The notes: generated by a model from the sequence alone, not told the origin. Shown: positions 36,048-46,248, counted from the first letter of the stretch. The stretch is 64,000 bases of DNA from Euryarchaeota archaeon UBA557 (GCA_002503285.1 DARI01000006.1:4068-68067), one strand, 5' to 3'. A program made the numbers and translations.

Positions 36048-36842
36048 TTATTCCTCCGATTTATTGAAGATAGGTTTTCGTTTCTCTAGGAATGATGAAA
36101 CACCTTCAGAAAACTCAGGCGACAAAGATGAAGATATCATAAGTGCGCGTTCAAATTCCAATTGTGTTTCAAAAAAAGTAGATGTTGAAGCATCTAATAG
36201 TTGCTTAGTTGAACGTCGACTCATTATTGACCATTTTCCCCATTTTTTTGCTATTTGTAAAGATTTATTTATTAATTCTTCAGAATTGCATATCTCATCA
36301 ATAGCACCTAATTCAAGGGCTTTGTCACCATTCCAAACTTCATTATTGAAAAAGAATCTTTTGGATACTTGAGTTCCAACAAGTCTGGGAAGAAGCCATG
36401 TTACTCCTCCATCAGGAGATGCCCCTAAAGGAAAAAATGCTGCAGTTAACTTAGCATTTGATATTGAAATCCTATAATCCGTTGCAAGAGCTAATCCCAA
36501 TCCTCCTCCTGCAACTGAACCATTTATTGCAGCCACAAATATTTTTGAAGAGCCACGAATTTTTATTAGCAATGAATGTAATTTACCAGTCATTTCTTCT
36601 ACTAATGAACCTATATTACCTTCATCTATTGCATCAGCAAATTCGTTAATTGATCCTCCAGCGCTGAAGAATTTTCCCGTTCCTGTAATAATTATAGATA
36701 AACATGAGTTGTCTTCCATTAGGTTTTCCAGAGAATTAATTAAAGTGTCAATATTATTTGAATTAAATGTATTTTTTGATGCATTTTTTGAAAGAGTTAC
36801 TAATGCTACACCGCCTTCATGCCTTTCAACTGTTAAAACCAT
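36048..36842 (-). CDS. Enoyl-CoA hydratase/isomerase (crotonase) family protein
   Basis: 264 aa. It has 'FSAGGSINEF', 'AAINGSVAGGGLGLALATDYRI' and 'PDGGVTWLLPRLVG'. Confidence 0.85.
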   Translation of the reverse strand: MVLTVERHEGGVALVTLSKNASKNTFNSNNIDTLINSLENLMEDNSCLSIIITGTGKFFSAGGSINEFADAIDEGNIGSLVEEMTGKLHSLLIKIRGSSKIFVAAINGSVAGGGLGLALATDYRISISNAKLTAAFFPLGASPDGGVTWLLPRLVGTQVSKRFFFNNEVWNGDKALELGAIDEICNSEELINKSLQIAKKWGKWSIMSRRSTKQLLDASTSTFFETQLEFERALMISSSLSPEFSEGVSSFLEKRKPIFNKSEE

Positions 36843-36910
36843 AATAACCCCTAGAAGTGTTTCTTTTTCAAATGCATGAATATCTTAAGATGTGGCGCTT
36901 CCGTCAGCAT

Positions 36911-38329
36911 ATGCAGAACCGCGAAAAGCTATACATCAATGGAAAATGGGTAATTCCTGATGGAAAAGCAAAAATTGAAATTATCAATCCTACAAATGAA
37001 GAGAATATTGGCTATGTTCCTGCTGGTTCAACAAATGATATTGATATGGCAGTTGAATCTGCTAAACAAGCATTCAAGGAATGGTCAAAAAGTAGTATAG
37101 TAAAGAGAATGGAAATTCTTAATTCATTATCTAGTGCAATTAAGGAACGTGGAGAGGAATTGGCTCAAGCCATAACTTCGGAAGTTGGGACTCCAATAGG
37201 TTACTCTAGAACTGCAATGGTAGGAACCCCTAGAGTTGTGTCTCGTTCTTATTCAAAGATTTTAGAAAATTTTGAATGGTCAGAAGAGGTTCGAAATTCA
37301 TTAATTATTAGAGAAGGGATTGGCGTTTGTGCATTTATAACCCCCTGGAATTTTCCATTGCATCAAATAATTGGAAAGGTAGCCCCGGCTATCGCAGCTG
37401 GTTGTACTATGATCTTAAAGCCTTCAAAGGAGGCTCCAATTAGTGCATTTATACTTGCTGAGATACTGCATGATATTGGCCTCCCTGCAGGTGTCTTCAA
37501 CTTAGTCTCTGGCCATGGATCAGAGATAGGAGAATATCTGTCGAGTCATCCGGATGTAGATATGGTATCATTCACCGGATCTACAAACGCTGGCGTTGCA
37601 GTAAGTCATGCTGCTGCAAAGAGTGTTAAACGAGTAACATTAGAATTGGGCGGAAAGAGTGCTAATGTTATTTTAGATGATGCTGAACCAGAATTAGTTG
37701 CAAAAAGAGCACTTAGTGCCTGTCATCAAAATAATGGTCAAACATGTTCAGCACTGACAAGATTAATAATTCCCGAACATATGAAGGAAGAAATATGTAA
37801 GATTATTGCAGATAAAAATGATTCATACACTGTCGGAGATCCATTGGATGAAAGTATACGTTGTGGTCCAATGGTGAGTAAAAAACAACAAGAAAGTGTA
37901 ACAAAATATATTGAAACAGGAATTAATGAAGGTGCTTCACTGATATCAGGAGGCTTAGGAATGCCCATTAATATAGACAAAGGTTTTTTTGTGAAACCTA
38001 CAATTTTTGCCGATGTTACCCCGAAAATGAAGATATGGAAGGAAGAAATTTTTGGCCCAGTCCTTGTAATTGCGACATATGATAATGAAAATGAAGCACT
38101 TTTTCTAGCAAATGATTCAATTTATGGCCTATCCGGAGGAGTATGGTCCGATAGTGAAGAACGAGCTATTGAATTTGCCAAAGGGATGCGAACTGGTCAA
38201 ATTAGTATAAATGGAGGATTTTTTAATGTTGATGCTCCGTTTGGAGGATATAAAGAGTCAGGTAATGGGAGAGAATTAGGATTGCATGGGTTATACGAAT
38301 TTCTAGAAATAAAATCAATCCAAAAATGA
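36911..38329 (+). CDS. NAD(P)-dependent aldehyde dehydrogenase
   Basis: It has 'FITPWNFPL', 'KPSKEAP', 'FTGSTNAG', 'LELGGKSA', 'QTCSA' with the catalytic Cys, and 'EEIFGPV'. The start is trimmed to the ATG at 36911 ('MQNREKLYINGKW'). Confidence 0.9.
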   Translation: MQNREKLYINGKWVIPDGKAKIEIINPTNEENIGYVPAGSTNDIDMAVESAKQAFKEWSKSSIVKRMEILNSLSSAIKERGEELAQAITSEVGTPIGYSRTAMVGTPRVVSRSYSKILENFEWSEEVRNSLIIREGIGVCAFITPWNFPLHQIIGKVAPAIAAGCTMILKPSKEAPISAFILAEILHDIGLPAGVFNLVSGHGSEIGEYLSSHPDVDMVSFTGSTNAGVAVSHAAAKSVKRVTLELGGKSANVILDDAEPELVAKRALSACHQNNGQTCSALTRLIIPEHMKEEICKIIADKNDSYTVGDPLDESIRCGPMVSKKQQESVTKYIETGINEGASLISGGLGMPINIDKGFFVKPTIFADVTPKMKIWKEEIFGPVLVIATYDNENEALFLANDSIYGLSGGVWSDSEERAIEFAKGMRTGQISINGGFFNVDAPFGGYKESGNGRELGLHGLYEFLEIKSIQK

Positions 38330-38337
38330 TTAATATT

Positions 38338-39183
38338 TTATCTTCCTAGCCATTTCGGACTTTTTCTTTCTAAAAAAGCTTTTACTCCGATTTCTTTATC
38401 TTCTGTATCAAAGAGTGCTACAAATTCTGAACGCTCTGTAAGAACTCCTTCTGTGAAGGGTAAATCAAGAGATGCCCTAATGGTCCTTTTTGCTACTTTG
38501 ATGGTGTAGGGAGATTTTCGGGCTATATCCATAGCCAAGGACATTGTAGTTGATTCCAAATCATTTGATTCCTCCACCTTATTTACTAATCCGATTCTTA
38601 ATGCATCTTCGGCCCCGATCATGTCACCAGTCAATACAATTTCCATTGCTTTACCATAACCTAAGAGTCTGCACAAGCGTTGAGTGCCTCCACCTCCAGG
38701 AATTAGGCCCAAATTTATTTCAGGTTGCCCAAACTTTGAATCCTTTGATGCTACCCTCATATCACAAGATAGTGCTAATTCAGTACCTCCGCCCAATGCA
38801 AATCCATCGATCATAGCAATAGTTGGTTTTGATAAATTCCAAATTGCCTCCCATCCATTTTCTTCGAAAAACGGCCTTACTTGATCAGAATTTTTTCCCT
38901 CAAATTCTGAAATGTCGGCTCCAGCAGCAAACGACTTCGGTTTTTGTTTAGTTCCTTCTGGCGCAGATAATGGTAAAGCCCCCTTTATTATGACAACTCT
39001 AATATTATCATCAGACTCTGCCCTTTTACATTGATTTTTTATTTCTTCATGTACTTTCATATTTAATGAATTTAATTTATTTGGGCGATTAATAGTCCAA
39101 ATAGAGACTAGTCCGCCAGAGGGATTTGAGTTTTCTACAAGAATATCTTCAACCAGTAATACGTCTTCCATATATCCCGGCAT
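38338..39183 (-). CDS. Enoyl-CoA hydratase (crotonase family)
   Basis: 281 aa. It has 'FAAGADISEF', 'IAMIDGFALGGGTELALSCDMRVAS', 'GQPEINLGLIPGGGGTQRL' and a C-terminal 'EGVKAFLEKR'. Confidence 0.85.
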   Translation of the reverse strand: MPGYMEDVLLVEDILVENSNPSGGLVSIWTINRPNKLNSLNMKVHEEIKNQCKRAESDDNIRVVIIKGALPLSAPEGTKQKPKSFAAGADISEFEGKNSDQVRPFFEENGWEAIWNLSKPTIAMIDGFALGGGTELALSCDMRVASKDSKFGQPEINLGLIPGGGGTQRLCRLLGYGKAMEIVLTGDMIGAEDALRIGLVNKVEESNDLESTTMSLAMDIARKSPYTIKVAKRTIRASLDLPFTEGVLTERSEFVALFDTEDKEIGVKAFLERKSPKWLGR

Positions 39184-39222
39184 GCGCCATATGGCTTGAA
39201 TAATACGGTCAAAAATATATTA

Positions 39223-40191
39223 CTAATCTTTTTGATTATTAAATTCATTATTTTGAAATGGAGGAAGGCCTGGAGGATTTGGTAATGGAGGAAGGCCTGG
39301 AGGATTTGGTAATGGAGGAAGGCCTGGAGGATTTGGTAATGGAGGAAGGCCTGGAGGATTTGGTAAAATCAAGTTTGGAGTAGGATCTAAATTATTATTC
39401 GACAATTTAGCATCATTTGAGGGAGTATCAATTTTAAGTGGCATTCTAACTTTTAATATTCTTTGGTGATCAATTCGGACATATGATATCCCATAAGGTA
39501 TACTCGAGTCGGTTACTTTAGATTCGGAAATAACTGTTAAACCGTGGTTTATACCTCTGAGTTGTTTTGAAATATCTTCTCCATCTTCGATACCCGCCCA
39601 TTTATCAACCTTAGAAATTTTTCTCTTTGCTAATTCTATTCTCCTTTCAATAGTAATTTTCTTCTTTAATTCGTCCCTAATAATTCTCTTTTCTCTGATA
39701 AAATTATCAATTTCTGATTCCATCTGTGATTGAGGATCTGAAGAAGCCACATATTTCATGGCTATATTTTTACCATCCCTATTTTCTAAATCATTTTCTG
39801 ATAAAATCTCAGGGGAGGGCGTATCGATTAATTTTTGTTGAATTTTTGGAATATTTTCTTCTGAATTTGTAATTTTACGAGTGCGTCTTAATTTTTCCTC
39901 GCGGCGATAACTTGGCCCTTCTAATTCTAAAACTGGAGCAGGTAATTCCAAAGGTTCTATTTTTTTTTCTATTTGGGCGGAGTAATTTATTTTTTGTTCG
40001 GTGATTTTTACTATGGAATTTCCACCTCCGAACATAAGTAGTGAAGTGAGAGATAATATCAATATTCCTCCGGCAATCTGAAACTCGATACCTTCTTTTA
40101 CGATATAAACTAGATAGAAGGGGATACTAATGAATAATAAGAACCAAATTAGTACTTTTGTCATTGACGGCATGGTCTCACCTATTGTCAC
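39223..40191 (-). CDS. Hypothetical membrane-anchored protein with C-terminal (PNPPGLPPL)x4 repeats
   Basis: 322 aa. It has two N-terminal TM helices, a charged coiled middle region and a Pro-rich tandem repeat at the C-terminus. Confidence 0.55.
   Translation of the reverse strand: MTIGETMPSMTKVLIWFLLFISIPFYLVYIVKEGIEFQIAGGILILSLTSLLMFGGGNSIVKITEQKINYSAQIEKKIEPLELPAPVLELEGPSYRREEKLRRTRKITNSEENIPKIQQKLIDTPSPEILSENDLENRDGKNIAMKYVASSDPQSQMESEIDNFIREKRIIRDELKKKITIERRIELAKRKISKVDKWAGIEDGEDISKQLRGINHGLTVISESKVTDSSIPYGISYVRIDHQRILKVRMPLKIDTPSNDAKLSNNNLDPTPNLILPNPPGLPPLPNPPGLPPLPNPPGLPPLPNPPGLPPFQNNEFNNQKD
39260..39367. repeat. Four head-to-tail copies of a 27-nt unit 'ggaggaaggcctggaggatttggtaat'
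   Basis: Read directly from the sequence. Copies run 39260-39286, 39287-39313, 39314-39340 and 39341-39367. They are identical except for the last base of copy 4. The array is in-frame within the 39223..40191 CDS. Confidence 0.95.
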
Positions 40192-40209
40192 ACGAGAGGA
40201 TTGTTCTAT

Positions 40210-40803
40210 TCACTTTGACGGATGTTGTAAATATGTTAATAGCCCCCTTAAAGAATTACTGCGATGAGATATTGATGATTTTTCAATTTCGGTCATTTCG
40301 GAGAAGGTTCTACCTTTACCCTCGTGAGGAATGAAAATTGGATCATACCCGAAGCCACTTGTACCTACTTCTTTTTTTCCTAATTTTCCCTTACAGATTC
40401 CATTTGAATGATAGATTTTTCCATTCCAATCTAAAATGGTAACACATCGATATTCTGCACCCCTGTCTTGAGAATTTTCCAATAATTTTAAAATACCAGA
40501 TAATCCTATTGTTTCAAATATAAATGAAGAAAATACACCAGGGAAATTTTCTATTGAATCAATGAAAATCCCTGAATCCTCAACTAAAATAGCACAACCT
40601 TCTAAATCAGAATTCTTAATCATAGCCCGTGCTTGGATGATTTTTGATAATGCTACTTCCATTAAGCTATTGCATTGAGGTTCTATAAAATTTGGCCGAT
40701 TACCATTTACGAGTAACCCCTCGACATCATATCCTAATTCTCCGAATAAAGTGCCTGCTTCTGCAATCTTATTTTTGTTTCCAGTTGCAAAAAGTATTTT
40801 CAT
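40210..40803 (-). CDS. Non-canonical purine NTP pyrophosphatase (RdgB/HAM1 family, XTP/dITP diphosphatase)
   Basis: 197 aa. It has 'ILFATGNKNKIAE', 'VEDSGIFIDSIENFPGVFSS', 'FGYDPIF' and 'ISHRSNSL'. Confidence 0.9.
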   Translation of the reverse strand: MKILFATGNKNKIAEAGTLFGELGYDVEGLLVNGNRPNFIEPQCNSLMEVALSKIIQARAMIKNSDLEGCAILVEDSGIFIDSIENFPGVFSSFIFETIGLSGILKLLENSQDRGAEYRCVTILDWNGKIYHSNGICKGKLGKKEVGTSGFGYDPIFIPHEGKGRTFSEMTEIEKSSISHRSNSLRGLLTYLQHPSK

Positions 40804-40811
40804 TTTTTCAC

Positions 40812-41495
40812 CTATGCATGATATCTAACTCTACCTCTAATTTCGTTAAAGCGAGATATTACTTCGCTGGCACTTATTATATCGGGCAATTTTGAATCGG
40901 ATTCGGAATATCCCGATAACATAATATCTACAGCATTTTCATATTCTGAATGGCTGGAAGTGAGGCACTCATTGAGAACTTGTAAATCTAATCCCAAGTG
41001 CTCTAATTCTGGAAAAATTCGTGCCAACCCAAAATCGATTAAATGTAAATTATCATATTTATCTATTAGTACATTATGAGTAGTTAGGTCTCCATGGGAA
41101 ATTCCAAATTCATGTAATTTTCTTATTAATTTACCAAATTTTTTAATTTTTTCCAAGGAATTTAAATCCTCATTTAATGAATCATAAAGTGGTTTACCTT
41201 CAAATCTGGAAATTAAAATCCAACCATTATCTAGATCCAAGTCATATAATGAGGGAGAGGGGAAATTATCCAATTGTAATCTTCCCAAAACTCTAGCTTC
41301 TACTGAAAGCCTTTGACGTGTTAATTTTTTATCTAATTTTGGTGTACGATATCCTCGTGGTGACCTCAGTTTCAAGACAGCTGATTTACCAAGCCATGAA
41401 CCACTTGTAACTGTTGCTTCGGCGCCCTTATGCATGACGATATCTTCTATCCACATTGGAATAGTTGCGCCCTCCATACCATTCGGATGTGACAT
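40812..41495 (-). CDS. bud32: KEOPS-complex kinase Bud32 (Kae1-associated Ser/Thr kinase/ATPase)
   Basis: 227 aa. It has 'HKGAEATV', 'VLKLRSPRGYRTPKLDKKLTRQRLSVEARVL', 'HGDLTTHNVLI' and 'LIDFGLA'. No kae1 is adjacent. The start may be one of the downstream Met codons (M14 or M21). Confidence 0.85.
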   Translation of the reverse strand: MSHPNGMEGATIPMWIEDIVMHKGAEATVTSGSWLGKSAVLKLRSPRGYRTPKLDKKLTRQRLSVEARVLGRLQLDNFPSPSLYDLDLDNGWILISRFEGKPLYDSLNEDLNSLEKIKKFGKLIRKLHEFGISHGDLTTHNVLIDKYDNLHLIDFGLARIFPELEHLGLDLQVLNECLTSSHSEYENAVDIMLSGYSESDSKLPDIISASEVISRFNEIRGRVRYHA

Positions 41496-41533
41496 ACCTT
41501 CAAAGCGGTTTCATTCAAGGAGGGATTATAGAT

Positions 41534-42619
41534 ATGACAATTGAGATGCCATCACCTCCCAGAATCAAAAAGGGAGTTATTGTAAAAAAGTATTCAGAAG
41601 AGGATATTTATGCAGAATCTGAACGTCTATACAATAAAATTAATCAAAAGGAAAGATGGACTGTAGATATTTGTAAGACTATAGCGCCTTTGACATTGGA
41701 AATAAATCAACTAAAAAAAGAAAAGGATGTTTTTTTAATAGCGCATTCTTATCAAACTCCTGATATAATTTATGGAGTTGCCGATGAAGTTTCAGATAGT
41801 TATTCATTATCCAAGTCTGCTAGAGATGCTTCGCAACAAATAATTCTTTTTTCTAGCGTAAGATTTATGGCTGAAACAGCTAAAATAGTTAGTCCTTTAA
41901 AGACCATTATTCATCCATCTCCTGATGCTGGATGCTCCCTCAGTGATGGCATAAGTGCTGGAGATGTAAGAGAATTAAAGAGACTGTTTCCAGGAGTTCC
42001 TGTGGCTTGCTACATCAACACAACTGCAGAAGTAAAAGCTGAATGTGATGTTTGCGTTACCAGTAGCAATTACCTAAAGATATGTGAGAGGCTTCCTGGA
42101 GATAAATTAATTTTTGTTCCAGATAAATTTATGGGCAAACATCTACAAAATTCACTTAGAGGTAAAAAAGAAGTTATCATTTATGATGGCGAGTGTGAGG
42201 TTCACGCTATTTTTACTGGAGAAAAAATTAGAAATTGGAGAAAAAGAATGAATGCTCAAGGAATTAATCTTACAGTTCTTAGTCACCCCGAATGTGATGC
42301 TGAGGTATTAGAAGAAAGTGACATAGTTGGAAGTAGTGAAGTTTTGATAACGAAAACCATAGAACTATCTGAAAATGGTGAGAAAAATGTGATGTTGATA
42401 ACAGAATGTGGAACTGTAGATAGAATATTGGCTGAAACTAAAAATGATTTGAATGTCATAGGGGCTTGCGTAATGTGTAAACATATGAAAAAAACTCATT
42501 TAGAAGATATTTTACAGTCTTTAAGGAATCCAACATCAGAACAAATTATTGAATTGGATGACGAAATAATATTAAAGGCTAAAAAAAGCTTGGAAGAAAT
42601 GTTTAGATTAGCAGAATAA
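41534..42619 (+). CDS. nadA: Quinolinate synthase
   Basis: It has 'LIAHSYQ', 'DEVSDSYSLSK', 'FSSVRFMAETAKI', 'PDAGCSLSD', 'CYINT', 'VCVTSSN', 'FVPDKFMG', 'CEVH' and 'LSHPEC'. The start is trimmed to the ATG at 41534. Confidence 0.9.
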   Translation: MTIEMPSPPRIKKGVIVKKYSEEDIYAESERLYNKINQKERWTVDICKTIAPLTLEINQLKKEKDVFLIAHSYQTPDIIYGVADEVSDSYSLSKSARDASQQIILFSSVRFMAETAKIVSPLKTIIHPSPDAGCSLSDGISAGDVRELKRLFPGVPVACYINTTAEVKAECDVCVTSSNYLKICERLPGDKLIFVPDKFMGKHLQNSLRGKKEVIIYDGECEVHAIFTGEKIRNWRKRMNAQGINLTVLSHPECDAEVLEESDIVGSSEVLITKTIELSENGEKNVMLITECGTVDRILAETKNDLNVIGACVMCKHMKKTHLEDILQSLRNPTSEQIIELDDEIILKAKKSLEEMFRLAE

Positions 42620-44692
42620 TTAAGTTTTATTTTCTTTTATTGATTGCGAAGACCAAACAAATATTAATGGGATTAACATTAGAATTGCTGTTTGGATTAC
42701 AACTGAAGAATATGGTTGAAAGATTTCTTCTAGTGAATGTACAATTAATACAGGGCTAGAACTAGGCCTAGTCTCCAACCATGCCACGCTTCCTTTGAGA
42801 ACTTGTGGGTGTTGTTCATTTACTTGGTCAAATGTTAATTGAGTTGATAAGTTAGTCTCCATATTATATATCCAAACATCATTATTGTTTGGTTGGTCAT
42901 CTATTGTTAATGTAGGGTTCCAACTACTAATTTGTAAAAATGCAATATTATCATCTGAAATACTTGGAGATGAAGATTGCCATAGAGGATCTCCAAGAAT
43001 AGTCTGATTACCAGTTAAGATATCGATTAAAATTAACCTATCAATTGGCCCTAAGTCAACGACTGCAACTAACCAATTACCATCCATTTCTAACTTACTT
43101 ATAGTAGAATTTTTATAATCCAAAACTATATCATCAGATAGCAGAGTTTGGTCAGAAAGAAGATCTTTCGACTTGATTTCTATATTTGTATTTATTAGAT
43201 AATCTAAAGAAGTGATATTAACAATTGGGCCAAAAGTTGAGTTTGACGCCCATGCAATCATATTATTTGATGATGTGATTGCAGTAGAGTTCAAAGCTTC
43301 AGGAATAGTAATGCCTTCTCCATTTTTATTTACTATCTTAATTAAATTATCATGTAGTATCATTATATTCACTTCATCGTTATCTGCGGCGATAGAGATA
43401 TCTAATATTATATCTTCAGGATAAATTTTGAAAAGTGGTTGTAATGTTCCTTTCCCATCATCAAATTCAAAATAATCTATGCGTTCATTTGTAAATAAAG
43501 CAAAACCTAAATCAGAAGTGGTTACTTTTGGAGTAGTCGTCCATGGCTTGGTTGAGATAGTACGATTATCTAGTGAAGTAGTATTCCAAGCTGCAACAAA
43601 AATGGTTTCATCCGGCAATTCTTCAATTGTAATTAGCCACTCTCCGGAACCTGCCGTCGATGTCGGCCATTCTGCACCCTCAAGTGGAAGATTTTGATGT
43701 GTAGCATCCCACAATAATATTCCACTTGTTGATATCAATAAAGTTGCAATGAAGAGACTTGTTTGTTTTTTACTAGGTTCTTGGTATGGTTCAATTAATT
43801 TTTTGAAGAGTTCTATTGAACTAGAAATAGAATCTCTTGGATTGTCAAGTATTCTAGCTAGGCGATGGGAAAATCTTCTTTCATCGAAAATACTCCAAAT
43901 TGATTTATGAGTTTTTTGTGACATTTGTACTGCAAGCATTGCAATCAGCATCCCCCCTATTATATCTAATAGCCAATGAATGCCTAGATATATGATGGTG
44001 AATGCAGTTACTGAAATGAATAGTAAAATAAAATTAGAAAATTTTGCCCATCTTCCATCTTCATCCCATTTTTGTAAAGTGAGCCAAACCGCAAATGGCA
44101 AGCCTATATGCAGACTTGGCATACCATTTGTAAATGGATCAATTCGGGTAAACCAATTATGAATTTCTGGCGTCAAATCATATGCAATAGTTGCCATAGC
44201 TGGAATATGGTCGCCTGTTACTCTCACATTAAATAAAATATAAAATGGTAATGCGAGTATGTAAACCCAAAATATTGACAAACAAACCCTATCTGCCATA
44301 TGCCTATCATCAAAATATATTGGATATATTAGCGATGAAAATGTTACTGACATAAATCCCATAACATAAAAATGAGTAAAGAATTGATCTAATAAAAAAC
44401 TTCTAAATCCTTCTTGTATCCATAAAACAACATCGCCCTCAATTGCATAAACATACGGAGTCATGTCTATTCTTGTATTGGCCATAATTGATCTATCTAG
44501 TCCGTCAAATATATCTTTCCAAACATAAACAGAAAATACTAAGATTATGTGAGCCCAATAACGTCTGAACATATCGATAAAACCATCGATTGTTAATTTA
44601 GCATAAGGTGGCTTGAAAATTGGCATTGATGCCAAACTAAGTATAATTGCCCCAGTTACCCAGGTTATGTAAATCCCAGTCTCAGCAACCAT
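42620..44692 (-). CDS. Membrane PAP2-superfamily (Aur1/IPC-synthase-like PAP2_3) domain fused to an extracellular beta-propeller-like domain
   Basis: 690 aa. The N-terminal ~260 aa are multi-TM and carry 'NGMPSLHIGLPFAVW' and 'LGIHWLLDIIGGMLIA' (SxH ... HxxxD). The C-terminal ~400 aa carry repeated 'ND.VWIYNMETN..TQLT....EQHPQVLKGSVAW'-type blades, followed by a terminal TM segment. Confidence 0.6.
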   Translation of the reverse strand: MVAETGIYITWVTGAIILSLASMPIFKPPYAKLTIDGFIDMFRRYWAHIILVFSVYVWKDIFDGLDRSIMANTRIDMTPYVYAIEGDVVLWIQEGFRSFLLDQFFTHFYVMGFMSVTFSSLIYPIYFDDRHMADRVCLSIFWVYILALPFYILFNVRVTGDHIPAMATIAYDLTPEIHNWFTRIDPFTNGMPSLHIGLPFAVWLTLQKWDEDGRWAKFSNFILLFISVTAFTIIYLGIHWLLDIIGGMLIAMLAVQMSQKTHKSIWSIFDERRFSHRLARILDNPRDSISSSIELFKKLIEPYQEPSKKQTSLFIATLLISTSGILLWDATHQNLPLEGAEWPTSTAGSGEWLITIEELPDETIFVAAWNTTSLDNRTISTKPWTTTPKVTTSDLGFALFTNERIDYFEFDDGKGTLQPLFKIYPEDIILDISIAADNDEVNIMILHDNLIKIVNKNGEGITIPEALNSTAITSSNNMIAWASNSTFGPIVNITSLDYLINTNIEIKSKDLLSDQTLLSDDIVLDYKNSTISKLEMDGNWLVAVVDLGPIDRLILIDILTGNQTILGDPLWQSSSPSISDDNIAFLQISSWNPTLTIDDQPNNNDVWIYNMETNLSTQLTFDQVNEQHPQVLKGSVAWLETRPSSSPVLIVHSLEEIFQPYSSVVIQTAILMLIPLIFVWSSQSIKENKT

Positions 44693-44751
44693 CGTATCAT
44701 TATACGGGAGTGGCTTTTATGAAATCAAATCGACCCATAATTATGACTGAA

Positions 44752-45765
44752 TTAGATGATTTTTAGAGTATTAGTAGAATCTCCATCTAATGAATTAAGA
44801 ATATTTTCGACTATAATATCAAATGCTTTTGCTGTATCGCCATCAGGTTCGGCAACTATTCTGTGAACTCCATCATCTCCTCCCCTAACAATGCCTGGAT
44901 CAAATGGCAAGGAACCTAGGTAAGGTACTTCTAATTCATTGGCAGCTAAAAGTCCGCCCCCTTTCTTAAATAGATCTAAAATCATTGACCAATTTCCTTC
45001 TTCATCACATTTACATTCAATTGGCGTTCCTTCAGGGCCTATTAGTGAAACTATTGAGTTGGGACTTCCCTTACCTTTGATAGAATATCCACTCATATTT
45101 TCCACTACTCCCAGGACGGGGACAGAAAGAGTTTTTGCAAAATTTATTGATTTTCTACTATCCAAAAGTGCGACCTCTTGAGGTGTTGTAACTATAACTA
45201 CTCCATCTATTCCAGGAAGGTGCTGACTGACTGTCAAAGGTTCATCACTAGTTCCCGGCGGGAAATCTACAATTAGTGCATCGAGTTTACCCCAAGCCAC
45301 ATCACCAATAAATTGTTGAATTGCCCCTAATTTTATTGGCCCTCTCCATATAACTGGTTTATCTGGATCTTCGATTAAAAATGCCATTGAAATTACTTTG
45401 ACGCCATGTGGCCCTATTGCCGGATATATTTGTTCATTTTCGACTGTTAAATCGGTATTATCCAATCCTAACATTTTTGGAATATTGGGTCCAGTTATGT
45501 CAATATCCATAAGGCCTACTTTCATACCTTTTATTGCTAGAGAAATGGCTAATCCTGTGGCAACTGTGGATTTACCAACTCCTCCTTTTCCCGATAAAAC
45601 TAGAATTTTGTGTTTAATGTCTTCTCCGAGTTTAGCAATACGCATTTTTCTTTGTAATTCCCTATATGCCTGTTCCATTTGTGTTTTTTGTTCATTACTG
45701 GGGTTTTTTTCTAGAGATTTTGGGGCCCCTGATTGATTATGTTGACTAATGGGCGAATCGCTCAT
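44752..45765 (-). CDS. apbC: Mrp/NBP35/ApbC-family Fe-S cluster carrier ATPase
   Basis: 337 aa. It has the deviant Walker A 'LSGKGGVGKSTVA', 'DIDITGPNIPKMLG', 'LIVDFPPGTSDE' and 'VVENMSG'. Confidence 0.9.
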   Translation of the reverse strand: MSDSPISQHNQSGAPKSLEKNPSNEQKTQMEQAYRELQRKMRIAKLGEDIKHKILVLSGKGGVGKSTVATGLAISLAIKGMKVGLMDIDITGPNIPKMLGLDNTDLTVENEQIYPAIGPHGVKVISMAFLIEDPDKPVIWRGPIKLGAIQQFIGDVAWGKLDALIVDFPPGTSDEPLTVSQHLPGIDGVVIVTTPQEVALLDSRKSINFAKTLSVPVLGVVENMSGYSIKGKGSPNSIVSLIGPEGTPIECKCDEEGNWSMILDLFKKGGGLLAANELEVPYLGSLPFDPGIVRGGDDGVHRIVAEPDGDTAKAFDIIVENILNSLDGDSTNTLKII

Positions 45766-45891
45766 AATCTACTGCAATAGTCGAGTGTACTTCAAATATA
45801 GCCAAAGAATATTATATAATTATTAGTAGATTTATAAAAATATATTAGATATATTGGTTAAGTTAATTAAGTTCAATAAGAAAAAAAAAAT

Positions 45892-46248
45892 ATGAGGTTA
45901 CTATTCGTATGTGTAGGGAATACCTGCCGCAGTCAAATGGCAGAAGCCATAGCTAAAAATCTTGGACATTATGCAAACTCTGCAGGAACACATCCAGGAA
46001 ATAAAGTTGCAAGTAATGCCATAGAGGTTCTTTCAGAACTAAATATAGATATAAATAGGCAAAGACCTAAGTCAATATCGGAAATTGATATAACTGGTTT
46101 TGACAAGATAATTAGTATGGGTTGCGGAGTTGAATGCCCTCAAATAAATATCGATATTGATTGGAATTTAAAAGACCCTTATGGTCAAGATTTGGATTTT
46201 TATAGACAAACTAGGGATAAGATTTCAAAATATATTCATCAATTATAA
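45892..46248 (+). CDS. arsC: Low-molecular-weight phosphotyrosine-phosphatase fold arsenate reductase (ArsC, thioredoxin-type) / LMW-PTP
   Basis: 118 aa. It has the 'LFVCVGNTCRSQMAEA' CX5R P-loop, 'ISMGCGVECP' and 'KDPYG'. Confidence 0.8.
   Translation: MRLLFVCVGNTCRSQMAEAIAKNLGHYANSAGTHPGNKVASNAIEVLSELNIDINRQRPKSISEIDITGFDKIISMGCGVECPQINIDIDWNLKDPYGQDLDFYRQTRDKISKYIHQL

Noticed and set aside
39260-39367. Whether the 27-nt tandem repeat could be a CRISPR array or a minisatellite outside genes.
   Set aside because: The copies are directly adjacent with no spacers, and they are in-frame inside a CDS. No cas genes are present anywhere in the window.
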